Below, in pieces: positions 17,903-20,628 of a DNA stretch of 20,628 nucleotides. The notes beneath the pieces were generated by a model. That model was not told where the DNA came from and searched no databases. It saw only the letters and a list, made by a program, of their open reading frames with translations. A program made the position numbers and the translations under genes. Source of the DNA: Gemmatimonadota bacterium (GTDB lineage Bacteria; Gemmatimonadota; Gemmatimonadetes; Palauibacterales; KS3-K002); assembly GCA_039586795.1 (NCBI GenBank), contig JBDHJS010000055.1:1-20628 (forward strand), in the 5' to 3' direction. How positions within the stretch are numbered: the stretch's first letter is position 1; every line of letters begins with the position of its first letter.

Positions 17903-18175
17903 AACATCAGCGCATCCACTTCTTGTTCAGCGACATCGCGAGACCGACGCCGGGCACGACAGCAGGAACGTCCGCGCCGCGGCGGCAGTTCCTCCGACCC
18001 TGGGCAATGGGTATGGACGGGCACGAGGGACAGGACTCGAAGGTACCACACGGGCTGGCGTGCGACCAGCCGGGTCAGCCGAGCCGTCGTAGTGGAGCGT
18101 CGACAGGGCCGGAGGTGTCTCGTATCTTCTTCAAGGAACACGGGGCAACCTCAATTCCGACAGGGAGATGCGACC

Positions 18176-18658
18176 GTGAATCTCTATCTGCTTCGCCACG
18201 GCGAAGCGCAGGCGAAGCAGCAGGATCCGGAGCGGCCGTTGACCGCAGCGGGCGCTGAGATGGCCCGTCGCGTCGCCCGCTTTCTGGGCGGTCTCGATCT
18301 CCGCCTCGCCGGGGTCCAGCACAGCACCAAGCTCCGTGCTCGCCAGACCGCGGAGATCATCGCCGAGGGCGCCGGTCTCTCCGCCCCCGTCACTCAGGTC
18401 CCGAACCTGGAACCCCTCGATGACGTCGAGGGGCTGGCGGACGCGCTGACTTCCGGAGCGACGAGCGACCTGATGCTGGTCGGTCATCTGCCGCACCTGA
18501 ATCGCCTGGCTTCCCGGCTTGTGGCGGGTGACGCGGGCCTCGAGCTATTCGCGTTTCCGGAATGTGGGGTGCTTTGCCTGCGACGAGGCGAAGGAAACGC
18601 GGGTGCCGGACCGGTGTGGCGCGTGCAGTGGATGATAGCACCGGAGTCGCTACTCTAG
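18176..18658 (+). CDS. sixA: Phosphohistidine phosphatase SixA
   Basis: GTG start at 18176 (GGGAG SD): (M)NLYLLRHGEA...RPLT...HSTKLRARQTA...LMLVGHLPHL. 160 aa. Confidence 0.88.
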   Translation: MNLYLLRHGEAQAKQQDPERPLTAAGAEMARRVARFLGGLDLRLAGVQHSTKLRARQTAEIIAEGAGLSAPVTQVPNLEPLDDVEGLADALTSGATSDLMLVGHLPHLNRLASRLVAGDAGLELFAFPECGVLCLRRGEGNAGAGPVWRVQWMIAPESLL

Positions 18659-18677
18659 AACATTTAGATCGGGGTGG

Positions 18678-19511
18678 GTGAACGAAGTCATAGCAATGGA
18701 ACGTGAACTGGAATTCGAGCCACTGAAAATCCTTCACAACGCTCGCGACGACGAACTGCTGCGTGCCGGCCGTCGCACGATCTGGGGTGACCTCACACCG
18801 GACGAAGACGGGCTGATACGCGCCGACCACGACCAGGTACCGTATACCTATGGCCTATTCATCCAATCGAAGGATGGCAGGGCGATAGACTCCTTGGAAG
18901 GAGGCGTCGGGCGCATGTCCGGCGTGCCGTCCGATCGGTTTGGTCAGCTCGAATTGCGCGCCACCGTCGATGCCTTCCTAGTCGGTGGAGCCACGCTGCG
19001 CGGCGATCGCACGGTGGGCGTGCCCGGCCAGAGCGAGCTCGTGCATCGCCGGCGGAAGGAGAAAGGGAACGACGCGCCGCTCAACGTCTTCTTCTCGAAC
19101 TCGGGTGATATACCAGGGGATCTGCCGGTATTCTTCATGGACGAGGTGAAGACCGCGATCTTCATCGGCGAGAAGGCGGCGGATAGGGCGAAGGAACTGC
19201 GAATTCTCACCAATGATGTGACGGTGGTGAGCGCCGAGTCGCCGCTGCAGGATATGTGGAACGTGCTTTATCGGCGTGGTATCATGACGATTGGGTTTGA
19301 AGGCGGGCCGCATCTCATGGGCCTGGCGCTGCGCGACCGACTCGTCCACGAATTGTTGCTAACGCACTCGCCGCTGTTGTTGGGAGGATTGGGGCCGAGT
19401 TTTTCGGCGATACGGACGCCGCTGGAGGAGACCCGGGTGGAGCCGGTGTTTTTGGGGCTCGATGAGGGGAGTGGGCTCTTGTTTGAGCGTAGTAGGGTGG
19501 TGTACGGGTAG
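18678..19511 (+). CDS. RibD C-terminal / dihydrofolate-reductase-family oxidoreductase
   Basis: FIQSKDGRA, LRATVDAFLVGGATLRGD, FEGGPHL and LVHELLLTHSPLLLGG motifs, with no deaminase domain. An alternative ATG start lies at 18696. Confidence 0.8.
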   Translation: MNEVIAMERELEFEPLKILHNARDDELLRAGRRTIWGDLTPDEDGLIRADHDQVPYTYGLFIQSKDGRAIDSLEGGVGRMSGVPSDRFGQLELRATVDAFLVGGATLRGDRTVGVPGQSELVHRRRKEKGNDAPLNVFFSNSGDIPGDLPVFFMDEVKTAIFIGEKAADRAKELRILTNDVTVVSAESPLQDMWNVLYRRGIMTIGFEGGPHLMGLALRDRLVHELLLTHSPLLLGGLGPSFSAIRTPLEETRVEPVFLGLDEGSGLLFERSRVVYG

Positions 19512-19573
19512 GGCCTTTCTCGGCCGTTTCGGCGGTCGACGTTCGACTCTCTTCTTACGACGTTCTTGATCTG

Positions 19574-19633
19574 GACAGCCAACAGCGGACAGCCGCCGCT
19601 CGACGTTCGAGGACAATTCGGCGATCGACGTTC
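19574..19633 (+). repeat. Dispersed 60-bp intergenic element, copy 3
   Basis: GACAGCC AACAGCG GACAGCC GCCGCTCGACGTT CGAGGACAATTCGGCGATCGACGTTC. Confidence 0.9.
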
Positions 19634-19713
19634 TACGGTCGACTATCGTATGGCGACGTTCCCGGGTTCCGGTTTGAGGCAGAACCTCGGCGCGTAGGGA
19701 GATACTGCAGATC

Positions 19714-20628
19714 ATGGGTCTGACGGGGCGACTCGGCGAGCTTGCTCGCCTTTTTTTGAAGTTGGGCTGTGTGGCGTTTGGTGGGCCCGCGGCGCATATC
19801 GCTATGTACGAGGACGAGGTGGTGCGACGGCGCGGGTGGATGACGGCGGAGCACTTTCTCGACCTGGTTGGTGCGACCAACCTGATTCCTGGGCCAAACT
19901 CCACCGAGATGACGATGCACGTAGGGTACGAACGTGCGGGGTGGGCGGGTCTCGTCGTAGCTGGTGTCAGCTTCATTCTGCCCGCGGCCCTCATCACCGG
20001 TCTGCTGGCCTGGCTCTATGTGCAATTCGGGGCGTTGCCGGCGGCGGCGCCATTCCTCGACGGCATCAAACCGGCGGTGATCGCGATCATCCTCGGCGCG
20101 GTCTGGCGGCTTGGCCGGTCGGCTGTGAAGAACGTTCGCGTCGTGGTGATCGGCGTTGGTGTGTTCGTCGCTGTCCTTGCCGGCCTCAACGAGGTTCTCG
20201 CTCTTTTGCTTGGTGGGGTCCTGGGCATGTTGTGGCTGAGCCTCGGCGGTCGAATTGGGAACGGGGCCGCGCTTCAGGTGCTGCCGCTGGGCGCTCCGTC
20301 GCTCAAAGCGGCTGGACTGGGAACGTTGGGTGCCGGTATCGGCGCTGCGGTGGCGGCTGTGCCGTTGTGGAAGCTGGGGCTCTTCTTCCTCAAGGTGGGG
20401 GCTATCCTCTATGGCAGCGGCTACGTATTAATCGCCTTTCTGCATGGCGATCTCGTGGCCGGGTACGGGTGGCTCACGGATCAACAACTACTCGACGCTG
20501 TCGCCATCGGTCAGTTCACGCCGGGCCCGGTGCTGTCGACGGCGACGTTCATCGGGTTCGTCATCGCCGGTATGCCGGGCGCCATCGTCGCGACCGTGGC
20601 GATCTTCCTGCCATCCTTCTTTTTCGTT
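19714..20628 (+). CDS. chrA: Chromate efflux transporter (CHR family, two-domain); truncated by the window end
   Basis: Manual translation (not in the ORF track): MGLTGRLGELARLFLKLGCVAFGGPAAHIAMYEDEVVRRRGWMTAEHFLDLVGATNLIPGPNSTEM, then a second domain FLKVGAILYGSGYVL...DAVAIGQFTPGPVLSTATFIG. AGGGAG lies upstream. Confidence 0.93.
   Translation, partial: MGLTGRLGELARLFLKLGCVAFGGPAAHIAMYEDEVVRRRGWMTAEHFLDLVGATNLIPGPNSTEMTMHVGYERAGWAGLVVAGVSFILPAALITGLLAWLYVQFGALPAAAPFLDGIKPAVIAIILGAVWRLGRSAVKNVRVVVIGVGVFVAVLAGLNEVLALLLGGVLGMLWLSLGGRIGNGAALQVLPLGAPSLKAAGLGTLGAGIGAAVAAVPLWKLGLFFLKVGAILYGSGYVLIAFLHGDLVAGYGWLTDQQLLDAVAIGQFTPGPVLSTATFIGFVIAGMPGAIVATVAIFLPSFFFV

Noticed and set aside
17899..18141. 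80-aa ORF overlapping the patatin start
   Set aside because: It is Arg-rich with no motif. The region is more likely the divergent patatin/sixA promoter region.
7114..19633. 60-bp repeats as a CRISPR array or integron attC sites
   Set aside because: The copies are 1 kb and 11 kb apart, flank core genes, and have no regular spacers. There is no cas or integrase gene, and no RYYYAAC/GTTRRRY ends.

Overview
A GC-rich bacterial chromosomal window. The ADOP-type permease, the membrane-anchored TolB-like/TPR protein and the Tat-type amidase suggest Gemmatimonadota or a related phylum (inference). In order, it encodes: a partial GT-C-like membrane protein, a two-domain VOC protein, a TM-TolB-like-TPR protein, an acyl-CoA dehydrogenase, RNase G/E, rplU-rpmA, a DinB protein, an MBL-fold lipoprotein, an ADOP/MacB-like permease, an AsnB-family amidotransferase behind a sigma-54-type promoter, an amidase, a patatin, SixA, a RibD-C/DHFR-family reductase and a partial ChrA. 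I found no transposase, integrase, CRISPR array, tRNA or rRNA. The unexplained structure is intergenic. (1) A 60-bp element occurs three times on the same strand: three GACAGCS heptamers plus an invariant CGAGGACAATTCGGCGATCGA hairpin core. (2) A second heptamer family (TGAACAT) includes a 116-bp unit with perfect 16-bp terminal inverted repeats. (3) Coding sequence next to these repeats shows a strand-specific, synonymous C-to-T shift.
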